64,000 nucleotides of DNA from Myxococcota bacterium (GTDB lineage Bacteria > Myxococcota_A > UBA9160 > UBA4427), in NCBI GenBank assembly GCA_029268645.1, contig JAQWNI010000058.1:905-64904 (forward strand), read 5' to 3'. The notes below the pieces were generated by a model. It did not search any database. It was not told the origin of the DNA and saw nothing but the letters and a program-made list of their open reading frames with translations. The translations under genes were made by a program, and so were the position numbers. This document shows, in pieces, positions 53,433 to 63,415 of this stretch (within the stretch, counting starts at the first letter, position 1; the number at the start of each line of letters is the position of its first letter).

Positions 53433-55328
53433 CTAATTGGCCGATGGGCCGAGCTTCTCCAATTCATCCCATCTCGCGTAAGCCGCCTCAAGGCTATGGG
53501 TCAGCTCGGCGATCCGAGCGTGCACTTTTTCTTGGTCCTCCGTCGACCGATTGTAAAAGGTGGCTTCGCTGATCTGTGCCAGCAACGAAGCGTTCTCATC
53601 CTCCAGCAACTCGATCTTGGCAGGCAGTGCTTCAAGCTCTCTGGATTCATTAAATCCTAATCGCTTCGGCTTTGGTCTTGCTTCAGACGGTTCGGGCGAG
53701 CGACGCGCCTGAGAAGCTCCGGTTTCGGAAAGACGACTTCGGCGAGCCAACCAATCGGAATATCCGCCGACGTATTCCTCAATTCTCCCGTCACCTTCAA
53801 AAACAAGAGTCGACGTCACCACATTGTCGATGAAAGAGCGATCGTGGGAGACCAGGAGAATCGTGCCGGGATAGTCGACCAGTAGTTCTTCAAGCAGTTC
53901 GAGGGTCTCCACGTCAAGATCATTGGTCGGCTCGTCGAGTACCAGCAGATTGGCGGGCTGGGCAAACAAGCGGGCCAGCAGAAGACGATTCTTCTCCCCC
54001 CCGGAAAGGGCTCGAACAGGCATGTTGGATCGAGCCGGACTAAACAAGAAATCACGCAGATAGCTGATCACGTGACGGTCTTGCCCCTGAACCTCAACGA
54101 ATTCACGTCCCGCCCCAAGGGTTTCAACCAGCGTCTTGTCCGGATCCAGAGCGTCTCGGAGCTGATCGAAGTAGGCGATTTCGAGCTTCGTCCCCAAACG
54201 CACGGAGCCTTCAGTCGGCTCCAACTGACCGAGAAGCAGCTGTAACAGAGTCGTTTTCCCTGAACCGTTCGGGCCAATGATTCCAATTCGATCTTTTCGC
54301 ATGATGCGAATCGAAAAATCTTGGACCACCGGCGGCTCGCTTTCAGACCAGCGATACCCGAGTCCTTCGGCTTCGATGACCAGTTTCCCTGAAGCGCGAC
54401 CTTCATCGAGCTGGATGCGCGCTCGACCCTCGACCTCGCGCCTTTCAGCTCTCTCTTGGCGCAATCTTTTCAACGCGCGGACGCGCCCTTCATTCCGGGT
54501 CCGTCGTGCCTTGATGCCCTGACGAATCCAGGCTTCCTCCTCAGCCAGTTTCTTATCAAAAACCGCTGCATGTCGTGCCTCTTCTTCCAGAGCAGCCGCT
54601 TTCTTGACCAAGTAGTCTGCATAAAGACCCGGCCAAGAAGTCAGTCGGCCCCGATCCAGATCGACGATCCGCGTGGCCAAGCGCTTCATCAGGGCCCGGT
54701 CGTGCGTCACAAATAGGACCGCGCAACGCAGCTCTAGCAGCTGCCCCTCTAGCCACTCGATGAGATCGAGGTCGAGGTGATTGGTGGGCTCATCGAGAAG
54801 CAGCAAATCTGGCTGACTGACCAAAGCCTGCGCCAAAGCGACACGCCGGCGCCATCCGCCCGAGAGAGTCCCGATGCGTGTATCCGCCTCGAGGTACAAG
54901 CGGTCGAGAATGTTGTCGATGCGCTCACTGGCGCTCCAGCCGTCTGCGGCATCGATGCGGCCTTGGAGCTTTTCGAGGCGAGCCATCTGAGATTCGTCTT
55001 CGGCCACCGCCTGCGAAACGGCGTGGTATTCCGCCACTAGGCGACCCACGTCGGCGAGACCTTCGGCCACCACGTCATACACGGTGGCCTCCTCGGCGGC
55101 GGGTAAATCCTGGGCGAGGCACGACATTGTGAGTCCGGGCTTTCGCCAGACCTCCCCAAGCTCCGGCTCAATCTCGCCTTGGATCAGCTTCAGGAGAGTG
55201 GATTTGCCGGCGCCATTGCGGCCCAGCAGACAGACCCGTTCGCCGGGATCAATCTGGAATTCTGCCTCCTCGAGCAGGGGTGCCTGCCCGAAGGCCAGGG
55301 TGAGGGATTCGAAACGCACGAGCGGCAT
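53433..55328 (-). CDS. ABC-F family ATPase (Uup/YheS-like)
   Basis: Two ABC cassettes (GRNGAGKST / LSGGWRRRV; GPNGSGKTT / LSGGEKNRL), no TM domain, and a C-terminal coiled-coil. Start is placed at ATG 55328. Confidence 0.9.
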   Translation of the reverse strand: MPLVRFESLTLAFGQAPLLEEAEFQIDPGERVCLLGRNGAGKSTLLKLIQGEIEPELGEVWRKPGLTMSCLAQDLPAAEEATVYDVVAEGLADVGRLVAEYHAVSQAVAEDESQMARLEKLQGRIDAADGWSASERIDNILDRLYLEADTRIGTLSGGWRRRVALAQALVSQPDLLLLDEPTNHLDLDLIEWLEGQLLELRCAVLFVTHDRALMKRLATRIVDLDRGRLTSWPGLYADYLVKKAAALEEEARHAAVFDKKLAEEEAWIRQGIKARRTRNEGRVRALKRLRQERAERREVEGRARIQLDEGRASGKLVIEAEGLGYRWSESEPPVVQDFSIRIMRKDRIGIIGPNGSGKTTLLQLLLGQLEPTEGSVRLGTKLEIAYFDQLRDALDPDKTLVETLGAGREFVEVQGQDRHVISYLRDFLFSPARSNMPVRALSGGEKNRLLLARLFAQPANLLVLDEPTNDLDVETLELLEELLVDYPGTILLVSHDRSFIDNVVTSTLVFEGDGRIEEYVGGYSDWLARRSRLSETGASQARRSPEPSEARPKPKRLGFNESRELEALPAKIELLEDENASLLAQISEATFYNRSTEDQEKVHARIAELTHSLEAAYARWDELEKLGPSAN

Positions 55329-55498
55329 GGCGGCGGAGCATAGGGCGTTCCGGTCCGACCGGAATTGCCTCAGCCCCACTCTTCAGACCAATCCCCCTCG
55401 GGACATCAAGTCGCCTCGGAACAACGCCTTGGCCGAGCGGGGCGCGTTGGGGCGAGGCACTGACTCCACACGCTCCGGCGCTTGCCGACCTCGCGCTC

Positions 55499-55915
55499 TT
55501 AGGCAGCTTTGGAATCAGACTCGATCTGTTCCACCTGCGCCTTCAGAAGAGCCATCTCTTGAGCAAGATTTTTTAAACGAAGGCTCGTCTTCGAGAGTCT
55601 TACCGCGTAGTTCAAGCAAATCAGAAACAAAAAGAGCTCGCCCAAAAAGAAAATGGTCGAGCTGGTCGTCCACGCTCCGATCAAGCGCGTGATTGTATTG
55701 AGTAAATCAAAGGAGACACTCGCCACCACGAGACACAGAGCCGCCCCCATCCAGATCGGCGTGTACTCCTCCCGCAGCACACGATGCCTCACCAGCCACA
55801 AAACCGTCGCCACCAGCAGAAAACTGAATGTAATCGCCAAAATGCGGGCGGAGTCCGACTCCGGTGCGGAAAGAAACACTTCGCGCAATTCGTTCAGCTC
55901 GATGGTCTTATTCAT
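55499..55915 (-). CDS. DUF2304 family small membrane protein
   Basis: The layout R..L.EEY..IW...(TM)...FFLGELFLFLI...LKNLAQEMALLK matches DUF2304 as I recall it. ATGA overlap with the upstream GT2 gene, which is the usual pairing. Confidence 0.7.
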   Translation of the reverse strand: MNKTIELNELREVFLSAPESDSARILAITFSFLLVATVLWLVRHRVLREEYTPIWMGAALCLVVASVSFDLLNTITRLIGAWTTSSTIFFLGELFLFLICLNYAVRLSKTSLRLKNLAQEMALLKAQVEQIESDSKAA

Positions 55916-56616
55916 GGTTTCCTCTTTTCTGCAGACGCGGACAAAGTCGAAAGAAGCATTTTGTACACGTAATAGATCGAACGAACGCCCCCATGAAGCG
56001 TCGACTCACGAGTGGCCTTCGACATGTGAACAGAGCACTCTCCCACCCGCAAACCGTGTCGATAGGCCGTCAACAGCACGTCGACATCGGGGTAATCAGT
56101 GGGAAAGAAGTCATCGGCATAGTCTTCCAAAGCGCGAAGGTTCATCGCTTGAAAGCCCGAAGTCGGGTCGCTGACTTTCAGGCCTGCCAGACGAACAAGT
56201 GAACGAAAGAGCCAGCGTCCGATATTTCGAATCGGCTCCATCTTGTATTCCGTAGGCTCCAAAAAACGAGAACCCACAATCAAGTCGAACTCTCCGGCCT
56301 CGATCGGCCTCAGAAGCTTCTCGACTTCGCCCGGGTCATGCTGTCCATCGGCATCCATCTGAATCAGAAAAGAAGCGCCTTGAGACAGCGCGTATTTGTA
56401 GCCAGTTTGCAAAGCCGCGCCGTAGCCCAAATTAAACGGGTGCCGGATCACTTTTGCCCCGGCCGCCGCCGCTTTTTCGGAAGTTCCATCGGAAGAGCCG
56501 TCGTCAATCACGACAATCTCACACCCGGTTTGCGCCTCGGCGATTCCTTGAAGCACCCGCCCGATCGACGCGCTCTCATTGAACGCCGGAATAATCAAAA
56601 CGGCCCGAGCGCTCAT
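55912..56616 (-). CDS. glycosyltransferase family 2 (polyprenyl-phosphate glycosyltransferase-like)
   Basis: VLIIPAFNESASIGRVL...VVIDDGSSDGT...QMDADGQH are GT2/DPM1-like motifs. 234 aa with no TM segments. Confidence 0.85.
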   Translation of the reverse strand: MSARAVLIIPAFNESASIGRVLQGIAEAQTGCEIVVIDDGSSDGTSEKAAAAGAKVIRHPFNLGYGAALQTGYKYALSQGASFLIQMDADGQHDPGEVEKLLRPIEAGEFDLIVGSRFLEPTEYKMEPIRNIGRWLFRSLVRLAGLKVSDPTSGFQAMNLRALEDYADDFFPTDYPDVDVLLTAYRHGLRVGECSVHMSKATRESTLHGGVRSIYYVYKMLLSTLSASAEKRKP

Positions 56617-57347
56617 GAGTTTCTTCTCCAGGCCACCGTCAGGTAACGGTTCTTGAAGCCATGGCGCAGGGTTGAAACGCCCCGACGAACCAAGGCCCCG
56701 GGATGCCGCAAATAATACCCAATGAGATTCTCGCGCATATCTTGCATCCTCGACTCGCTCCGACTCAACACCGAGAACAGCTCAAAGGGCTGATCTTGCT
56801 CCAGTCGATCGACTTCGAGAAAACCATGGGGTTCAAAGAGCCTGCGAAAACTTCGCTCGGAAAAATCATGCAGATGGTGCGGATTGGCGTCGACCGAGGG
56901 CGTGACCGGAACCGAGCCGATCAATATCCCCCCTGGCAGAACCATTTTCGCCACCCGCGCAACGAATGCAGAGGGATCCGGCAAATGCTCGATCGTTTCA
57001 ATCGAAACGACTGTCTCGAAACCGTCCGGGTCCTGAAAGCCCATGGCATCATGCGCTTCGTAACTCGTTCGATCGTTCCCATAACGCTCATTTGCATATT
57101 CGATGGCTGATTCCGCGAGGTCAACGCCGATCCCACGGACAGCCGGGGACCCGTCGGTCAGAATGCGAGTTCCGTACCCAACCCCACAAGCAAGATCGAG
57201 CACTCGGCCCCGACTCACAAAGTTTGAGGCAAACTCGTAACGCTCCGTGCTGAGGCGAAGAGTCTCGGCCCCGGTTCGGTCTTCACTTCGGAGCTCATCG
57301 GGGACGATTCGCTCAAGGCTGTTGGCATCGAGTTCCACTGCGCTCAC
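56613..57347 (-). CDS. class I SAM-dependent methyltransferase
   Basis: Motif I VLDLACGVGYGTRIL. 4-nt overlap with the downstream GT2 gene. Confidence 0.8.
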   Translation of the reverse strand: MSAVELDANSLERIVPDELRSEDRTGAETLRLSTERYEFASNFVSRGRVLDLACGVGYGTRILTDGSPAVRGIGVDLAESAIEYANERYGNDRTSYEAHDAMGFQDPDGFETVVSIETIEHLPDPSAFVARVAKMVLPGGILIGSVPVTPSVDANPHHLHDFSERSFRRLFEPHGFLEVDRLEQDQPFELFSVLSRSESRMQDMRENLIGYYLRHPGALVRRGVSTLRHGFKNRYLTVAWRRNS

Positions 57348-57371
57348 TCTACCACGAAGCTCCGATGGTTC

Positions 57372-58781
57372 TCAGTCGAGGCCCGCGAACTGACGGGCTC
57401 GGGTGACCGCTTGCTGCGGATCGTACGAACGGAGAATCTGCATCTTCTCAGCTTCAACCGATCCCTCGGCATGGATCGCGAGCACCGCGTGGTATCCCCC
57501 AAAATCTCGGGCCGTAATGTCCGCGATCAAATTCATCATGCGCATTCTTTCTTCCGCCGGAACCGCGCCTCGGAGATACTTTTCGAGCACGGGTCGGATT
57601 TCCGGTGAGTCCCAATCTTCTTGCCCAGGACCCGTCACGAGCAATCCTCCGGCGCATTCTTGCACCTGGGCCACCGCTTCATGAAACCCTTTGGCGAAGG
57701 TAAACTTGGCCATGTTCGTCGTCATGGGGTCGGGGTACGCGATGCCATGGGCATCGACCCGGCCACGCAGCGCGGCCATCTCAGTCAGCGCGCGCACCGA
57801 TTCCGCATAGGTGATCAGGGCGGCAAGCTTATCTCGAATGTGACCGGCTTTCGGTACACCGTTCATTTCCGCAATGGTCGCCGCGGCCCCCACAAAAGCG
57901 TCGAGCAAAGGAAGCTTGTACGACACTGCGGTGAATCGATGGTATTCGACAAAAGTCAAGGCAATGGATCCACAAAGACGAGGTTCGCCGCACAGAAACA
58001 CTCGATCCCAAGGAACGAAGACATCATCAAAGACCGTTAGCGATTCGAGCATCTTGGTTCGGGACGAGAGCGGATGCTCAAATTCATTGTGCTCGCCGCC
58101 CGAGAAGGAAGAAACGTAGAGGTTCAGTCCCTCTGTATTGATCGGAACCGCGAAGGCCACGGCATAATCCGCATCATCCGGGCCCATCGCTCGCGTGGGC
58201 AGAACAATCAATTCGTGGGCGTTGGGACTCGCCGAAGTATGGGCCTTGGCGCCCCGCACCACGATCCCATCCGGACGCTGCTCCACAACCCGCAAATACA
58301 AATCCGGGTCTTCTTGCTGATGGGGTGAGAGAGAGCGATCGCCCTTGACATCGGTTTGAGCCACCGCAACAGCCAAGTCTCCGTCCCGACAGTGCTGATA
58401 AAAGGCCTTTGCTTTTTCGAGGGCCTCTCCCTCCAAAACTCGGAGCAACGCGAACAGCGCATCGGTCCCAATTTCCTTGATAAGCGGGGGAATCGTCCCA
58501 CCTCGCTCCGTTCCGAGTTCAATCAGATGGAGTCGGTCGGTCAGATCTTCACAGCTTTTAGGAATTCGGTAGTAGCGGCTGAACTCAGTCCCGGTGACCG
58601 GATCGTGATCCACCGCGACGTCTCGCAGACTTGGGTCCTCGCCCATCTCATAGTCGAGAACCGCTAGCTCGACACCAACCTTGAGATCGGGTTCTTGGTT
58701 CACGTCCTCGATCCGACGGCCTCGATAGAAAATTGATCGACCATCTCGAAGAGACTCTCGATAGGCTTCCGGGCTCATCAT
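57372..58781 (-). CDS. 4-hydroxyphenylacetate 3-hydroxylase (HpaB) / 4-hydroxybutyryl-CoA dehydratase superfamily protein
   Basis: 469 aa. AQTDVKGDRSLSPHQQEDPDLYLRVVE and the overall layout are typical of the HpaB/AbfD family. There is no CxxxC pair near residue 100, so the AbfD-type Fe-S ligands appear absent. Confidence 0.7.
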   Translation of the reverse strand: MMSPEAYRESLRDGRSIFYRGRRIEDVNQEPDLKVGVELAVLDYEMGEDPSLRDVAVDHDPVTGTEFSRYYRIPKSCEDLTDRLHLIELGTERGGTIPPLIKEIGTDALFALLRVLEGEALEKAKAFYQHCRDGDLAVAVAQTDVKGDRSLSPHQQEDPDLYLRVVEQRPDGIVVRGAKAHTSASPNAHELIVLPTRAMGPDDADYAVAFAVPINTEGLNLYVSSFSGGEHNEFEHPLSSRTKMLESLTVFDDVFVPWDRVFLCGEPRLCGSIALTFVEYHRFTAVSYKLPLLDAFVGAAATIAEMNGVPKAGHIRDKLAALITYAESVRALTEMAALRGRVDAHGIAYPDPMTTNMAKFTFAKGFHEAVAQVQECAGGLLVTGPGQEDWDSPEIRPVLEKYLRGAVPAEERMRMMNLIADITARDFGGYHAVLAIHAEGSVEAEKMQILRSYDPQQAVTRARQFAGLD

Positions 58782-58815
58782 AATGCTGCTCCCTTCGCCG
58801 CTTCAGGACGAAAAA

Positions 58816-59676
58816 TCAATACGCATCAAAATCGAAGACCTCGTACTGCACGTGGTCTGGGTCAAACGTTCGGCCCTGGTCCGTCAGGTCGTAAAAGAGC
58901 AAGTTCAAAGGCGAGGCCCGAAACCGATCCGGAAGATCAAAATAGGGCCGACCCGACCAATTGCGGCGAGGGTCACATCCGATCCACAGACGGAGGGGAT
59001 GGTTGGGGGTGTGGTCGGGCAGAGCCTCGGGGAGTTGCGCGTGATCGAAGGTCGCGATTTGAACCCAGATCCCCAATCGACCGGTCGGCGCAAAGAGATC
59101 GACCCGATGCCCACGCCGACGCATCCGATACGGTGCGACGGGGTGGCCCAAGCGCCAGCCAATGCCGGGTGAATCCCAGACTCGCTCCAGTTGGAGACCG
59201 GCCGCTTCCGCTTCGCCCTGGCGATCGGGAATAGGTCCAAAGCCAATCTTCACATCGAGTGAGCGGATATTCAGGAATCCCCACTTGCGCACAAAAATCG
59301 GCGTGCTCATGTCGTTGCCGACGCCCACAAGATGTCCGTAGCCGCGCTCACGCGCCGCATCGAAAGATTGCTCCACCAGGGCGCTGAAAAGCCCTTTGCC
59401 CCGAAATCCAGGGTGCGTGGCGAGCTGAAACGGCCAAATCCCCGCTTCTTCGACCCCATGGATCTTGGTCAACAGGGGGATCATCAAGTAGTGGCCGACC
59501 AGGGTCCCCGCCTCGAAAGCGCTGAACCCAAAAGTGGGACCGAGGGGATTCCCGTTGTAAAGACGATTCAGATAATCTGGCGTGATGTGACCGGCGTGGG
59601 GGAAGACCACCCGGAGCAACTCACAGGTCTCCTCGATGCCCGCCGGAGACGTATCCAAAGGACGAACATCAAGCAT
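58816..59676 (-). CDS. GNAT-family N-acetyltransferase with extra C-terminal domain
   Basis: The segment QLATHPGFRGKGLFSALV is the acetyl-CoA binding R/Q-x-x-G-x-G/A motif. 286 aa. Confidence 0.75.
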   Translation of the reverse strand: MLDVRPLDTSPAGIEETCELLRVVFPHAGHITPDYLNRLYNGNPLGPTFGFSAFEAGTLVGHYLMIPLLTKIHGVEEAGIWPFQLATHPGFRGKGLFSALVEQSFDAARERGYGHLVGVGNDMSTPIFVRKWGFLNIRSLDVKIGFGPIPDRQGEAEAAGLQLERVWDSPGIGWRLGHPVAPYRMRRRGHRVDLFAPTGRLGIWVQIATFDHAQLPEALPDHTPNHPLRLWIGCDPRRNWSGRPYFDLPDRFRASPLNLLFYDLTDQGRTFDPDHVQYEVFDFDAY

Positions 59677-60523
59677 CGGTCGCCCCTTCGAGTTGATCTA
59701 AATATTCTCGATAGCTGACGATCTGAGTCCCGTCTTTCAGCAGGCGACGCAGCCGCCTAAAAACACCGCGTCGGTTCCAATACAGAAGGCTGTTATAAAA
59801 CTGACTGTCATTGATCTCAGGATGCATGAACCGCTCTTGTTCAAAGTCGATGTCATAAGGGTGGAGATAACCGACGACAGGTTCGCCTTTTGCGACCCGG
59901 CGCTTAAAAAGAGCTTGGATCAAAAAGAAGGGCAGCACGCGAAGATAAATACCTCCGGCGAAGGGCACATTGAGGCCTGGCCACTGAGTGAGGCTCATCG
60001 GTAATTCCCAGATTCCATCCCTTTGACAGGGTCGGTCCGGGCCGAAATCCGGCCAGCCATAGAGCGGGTTCTTGGCTGCACAAACCGAGCTTGAGTATCG
60101 AAAGCCCTCTTCCCGGAGCACCTCGAAGGCCCAGCGCGTCGACTCGATGAGAGAGCCGATGGGTGCTCGAAACCCCATCACGTGCTCTGCCCCGGCCGCC
60201 GCGAAAGAGTCTTTGCAGGCTTTGAGGTCCTCCCGAAAGCTCTCCGGCGTATGCCGATCCAGGGGAAGATGATCATTGGAGTGACAAGCGATCTCGTGCC
60301 CCTCGGAAATGATTTCGCGAATCAGCGAGGGATAACGTCGCGCAATGTCACCCACCGTGAAGAAAGTGCAGCGTGCGCGCTGATTCGAGAGGAATTCCAG
60401 AATTCGCGAGGTATTGGAAGGCACTCGCTCCGCATACCGGTCTCCATCGGGAAGAAGCCGACGGATGTCTTCGAGGTCTATGCTGAAGAGGAAGACGCGG
60501 TCCACAGGATTTGATTGTACCAT
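59669..60523 (-). CDS. polysaccharide deacetylase (NodB-type) with DUF3473-like C-terminus
   Basis: FLFSIDLED..., TFFTVGDIA..., HEIACHSNDH and ...GGIYLRVLP fit the EPS-locus deacetylase architecture. Start is placed at ATG 60523. 8-nt overlap with the GNAT gene. Confidence 0.75.
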   Translation of the reverse strand: MVQSNPVDRVFLFSIDLEDIRRLLPDGDRYAERVPSNTSRILEFLSNQRARCTFFTVGDIARRYPSLIREIISEGHEIACHSNDHLPLDRHTPESFREDLKACKDSFAAAGAEHVMGFRAPIGSLIESTRWAFEVLREEGFRYSSSVCAAKNPLYGWPDFGPDRPCQRDGIWELPMSLTQWPGLNVPFAGGIYLRVLPFFLIQALFKRRVAKGEPVVGYLHPYDIDFEQERFMHPEINDSQFYNSLLYWNRRGVFRRLRRLLKDGTQIVSYREYLDQLEGATDA

Positions 60524-60734
60524 TTCGCTGACTTGCTCTGAGGGCCCGATGATCCGGAGACATTCCGAGCGGAAGGGCGCCTCTCGGTCTTTTCGCCGCA
60601 TTGGCAAGTTGACTCAAGCGTGGCATCCATTTTTTCAGAAGGCGGAGCAAAATTCATCGGCTCCATCAACTTCGACTGAGGGATCGGGGTCAGAATCCCC
60701 CCAACCCAGCTTGGACCCATAAGCGGAAACCCAA

Positions 60735-62540
60735 ATGACCCAAGGCAACGAAGAGACTCAGAATAAGGGGGGAATTCAGCCAGCGCGCGGCTGGACCCTG
60801 CTGGCTTTCCTGATCTTCGGCCTGGGCCTCTTTAGCCTCTTCGGTGAAATCGCCGGCGAGGACCCCCGCGAAGTCATCGTCATCAATGGCCCCGCGACGA
60901 TCGATTTTGAAACCGGCGGTTTCGAGCTGATGAGTTTGAACGATCTCCGATTCGTCACCGCCTTGCTTTCTCGCAATGCGCGGACCTTGGTCAGCGATCC
61001 CCTCAACCTCTTCCAGCTGGAATACTGCTATCCAGCCGAAAATGCTCTGGCTCACGGCGAAGCCATGATCTCGCCTTCCATCCTTGGCATCCCAGCAGCG
61101 CTCTTGCAGGCTGACCCGATCTTGACATTCAATTTTGTGTTGATGCTCTCCACGCTGATCGCGGCCCTCAGCATGTTTTTTGCCATTCGAGAATGGACGG
61201 GCATCCCAGCGGCGGGGGTGGTGGCCGGCATTCTCTTCGCTTTCCACGAAACGCGAATGCGCGACCCGGTTCATTTTTTCGTCTGGGACAACGCCTGGAC
61301 ACTGTTGGCTCTGGTCTTTGCGGCGCGCCTTTTTCGCAAGCCGCGCTGGCGGGACGCCGTGGCCCTGGCGGTCTGCTGCGTGCTGCAAATCGGAGGAAGC
61401 CTCTACCCACTTCTTGTCGCCGTGCTTTTCGCTTTGCCTTTTCTCGTTTGGCTCTTCAAGGTGCACGGCCCCAAAAATCTTCGACCCGGGATGTGGACGA
61501 TCGCGATCGTCGCCTCTCTCGCCATGGCGTTCTATGCCCTCGGCCCATTTCTTGAAGTCCGCGAACTGGGGGAAGTCACCCAACGCGCCGAATTCATCTT
61601 TCTTCCGAGCCTGCTTTACTGGCTCGAACCGGGACAATGGTTTTTCCCGGGCGTGGTTCTGCTCGCGCTCCTGCTTCTGGGGCTCCTTTCTGGTCGAGGC
61701 GTGGACCGAGAAACCAACGGCGGAGACCCGCGCTGGGCGCTGATGACCGGCGGCCTTCTGTGCCTCCTCTTGGCTACGGGAGGCACGCCCCCCGCCGACG
61801 GCTGGGAAATGCCCGAAAACCCGCTGCTGCCGTCTGTGCAAATGCCTGAAATCTGGCGAGGTCTAGCGGGATTCATCCCAGGCCTTGATGTCGTCCGCAC
61901 ACCCGCCGCCCTGATCTCCGGGGTCCACATGGCCACTGCGATTTTTGCGGGCTTTGGAACCGCGGCCTTACTGAAGGGGCGAAGCGGTCGAATTCGAAAT
62001 GTCTTGATTGTCGTTGTGATCTTGGCTGCCTTCCTGGACACGCTGAGGCCTGCTTTTGTGGGGCTCGAACCGCGTCAGCATTACTCGATTGTGCCGGTCA
62101 GGCCTGCGGCGGACGTCCTGGCCTTCTACGAACGTCTCGACTCCCTTGGCAACACCGGACCACTCTACGAAATCGACTTTCCGCGCCGGCTTCACCCTTG
62201 GGCCACGCTTCCGATCCTCGCCTCGGAATACCATCGGCGACCGACTTCCGCTTGTTACAACTCTTTTGTCGCCGCCACCGACCCCACGCTGCGCGACCGA
62301 ATTCCCAACAAGAGGGCCCTTCGCGAACTTCGTGAGATGGGTTTCACCACGATCGTTGTCCATCACCCACCGATGAATCAACAAGCGCGAGTTTTCCGCA
62401 ATAAGCTTCTTAAGTTCTCAGCTAAAACCCACGGTCGTTACCTCAAAGAAATATTTTCAACTCCAACGAGGACCGCTTTCGCAATTCGCATGGGCGAAAA
62501 TCTTCGGCCTCAAGACGGCAGAGCCCAAACCCTTCCCTAA
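60735..62540 (+). CDS. large polytopic membrane protein, uncharacterised (GT-C-like topology with C-terminal soluble domain)
   Basis: 601 aa with about 11 or more hydrophobic helices followed by a ~170-aa hydrophilic C-terminus. The competing antisense ORF 60690..61841 is low-complexity and charged, so I rejected it. Confidence 0.65.
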   Translation: MTQGNEETQNKGGIQPARGWTLLAFLIFGLGLFSLFGEIAGEDPREVIVINGPATIDFETGGFELMSLNDLRFVTALLSRNARTLVSDPLNLFQLEYCYPAENALAHGEAMISPSILGIPAALLQADPILTFNFVLMLSTLIAALSMFFAIREWTGIPAAGVVAGILFAFHETRMRDPVHFFVWDNAWTLLALVFAARLFRKPRWRDAVALAVCCVLQIGGSLYPLLVAVLFALPFLVWLFKVHGPKNLRPGMWTIAIVASLAMAFYALGPFLEVRELGEVTQRAEFIFLPSLLYWLEPGQWFFPGVVLLALLLLGLLSGRGVDRETNGGDPRWALMTGGLLCLLLATGGTPPADGWEMPENPLLPSVQMPEIWRGLAGFIPGLDVVRTPAALISGVHMATAIFAGFGTAALLKGRSGRIRNVLIVVVILAAFLDTLRPAFVGLEPRQHYSIVPVRPAADVLAFYERLDSLGNTGPLYEIDFPRRLHPWATLPILASEYHRRPTSACYNSFVAATDPTLRDRIPNKRALRELREMGFTTIVVHHPPMNQQARVFRNKLLKFSAKTHGRYLKEIFSTPTRTAFAIRMGENLRPQDGRAQTLP

Positions 62541-62593
62541 TGGCCGCGACGCCCAGCGCCAGTCTAAGCGCTCTATGAAGCAGACGCGTGGCT

Positions 62594-63328
62594 TCAGTCG
62601 ATCACGGCTCGGCCAGCGGCACGTTTCATCCGTTTGGCCCGGCCGAGTAGGCCAAGGCAGAAACGATTCAAGTGCGTCAACCATGGGCTCGGCATCTTCC
62701 GCTCTACATCAATAAATAGAACCACCCGCGGTCGCTCGCCAAGATTCCAAGCCGTATGAGGGAAAACGTCATCAAAGAGAAGCGGGACGCCCTCTTCAAA
62801 AGCATGGGTTTCACCGCCGACCGTGATCGCACATCGATCAGGCTCGGTGGAAATCAGCGGAAGGATGTAACGCAGGACACCTCGATAGGCTCCGGTATGC
62901 AGTGGTAATGTTTTTCCCGGTTCGAGGATCGAAAACATCGCCATTGTGATCCGAGGAACCTGGTCGAGTAAGCCAGCGGTTTCGGGGCAGAGAGCAAGGT
63001 TACGAGGCACCTCGACACCGAAAATTTTAAAAAGAAACGTTTTCCATTGGCCGTCTCCGGCCAGACGAATCTGCCCCGGATCAATTTCGGCAAAGCCCGG
63101 GATTCGCGTGCCCCCTTCTTGTAAAGCGACCAACTCATCGCGAATCAGCGAGAAGCTTTCAGTCAGGCGCAGCAGTTCGGGGTATTCGTCCAGCGGCAAG
63201 AATCGCCTCTTGTCACCAAGCCAAAACCCTAGAAATGCGTTGAAGGGCACAAGAGGCGAGTACAAGACACCCAACCACAGAGCGGCAAGCCACCCGAAGC
63301 GATTCGCACTGTCTCTGTTCTCAGCCAT
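62594..63328 (-). CDS. aspartyl/asparaginyl beta-hydroxylase family (LpxO/OlsC-like) Fe(II)/2OG dioxygenase
   Basis: NLALCPETAGLL...AMFSILEPGKTLPLHTGAYRGVLRYILPL...FDDVFPHTAWN matches the family pattern. N-terminal TM segment. Confidence 0.8.
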   Translation of the reverse strand: MAENRDSANRFGWLAALWLGVLYSPLVPFNAFLGFWLGDKRRFLPLDEYPELLRLTESFSLIRDELVALQEGGTRIPGFAEIDPGQIRLAGDGQWKTFLFKIFGVEVPRNLALCPETAGLLDQVPRITMAMFSILEPGKTLPLHTGAYRGVLRYILPLISTEPDRCAITVGGETHAFEEGVPLLFDDVFPHTAWNLGERPRVVLFIDVERKMPSPWLTHLNRFCLGLLGRAKRMKRAAGRAVID

Positions 63329-63415
63329 GTCTTTCCTTCTCGGAAGACTTTACCCCAATGCTGACCCCCAAGGGCTTCACCCCGGCCCATCCCTCGGTCC
63401 TCGCGCACTGGGCCC

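Noticed and set aside
57372-58781. 4-hydroxybutyryl-CoA dehydratase (AbfD), which would fit the GABA / succinate-semialdehyde theme
   Set aside because: The CxxxC pair expected near residue 100 for the [4Fe-4S] ligands is absent; the region reads GTERGGTIPPLIKEIG. The gene also sits in an envelope-modification operon. I kept the call at superfamily level.
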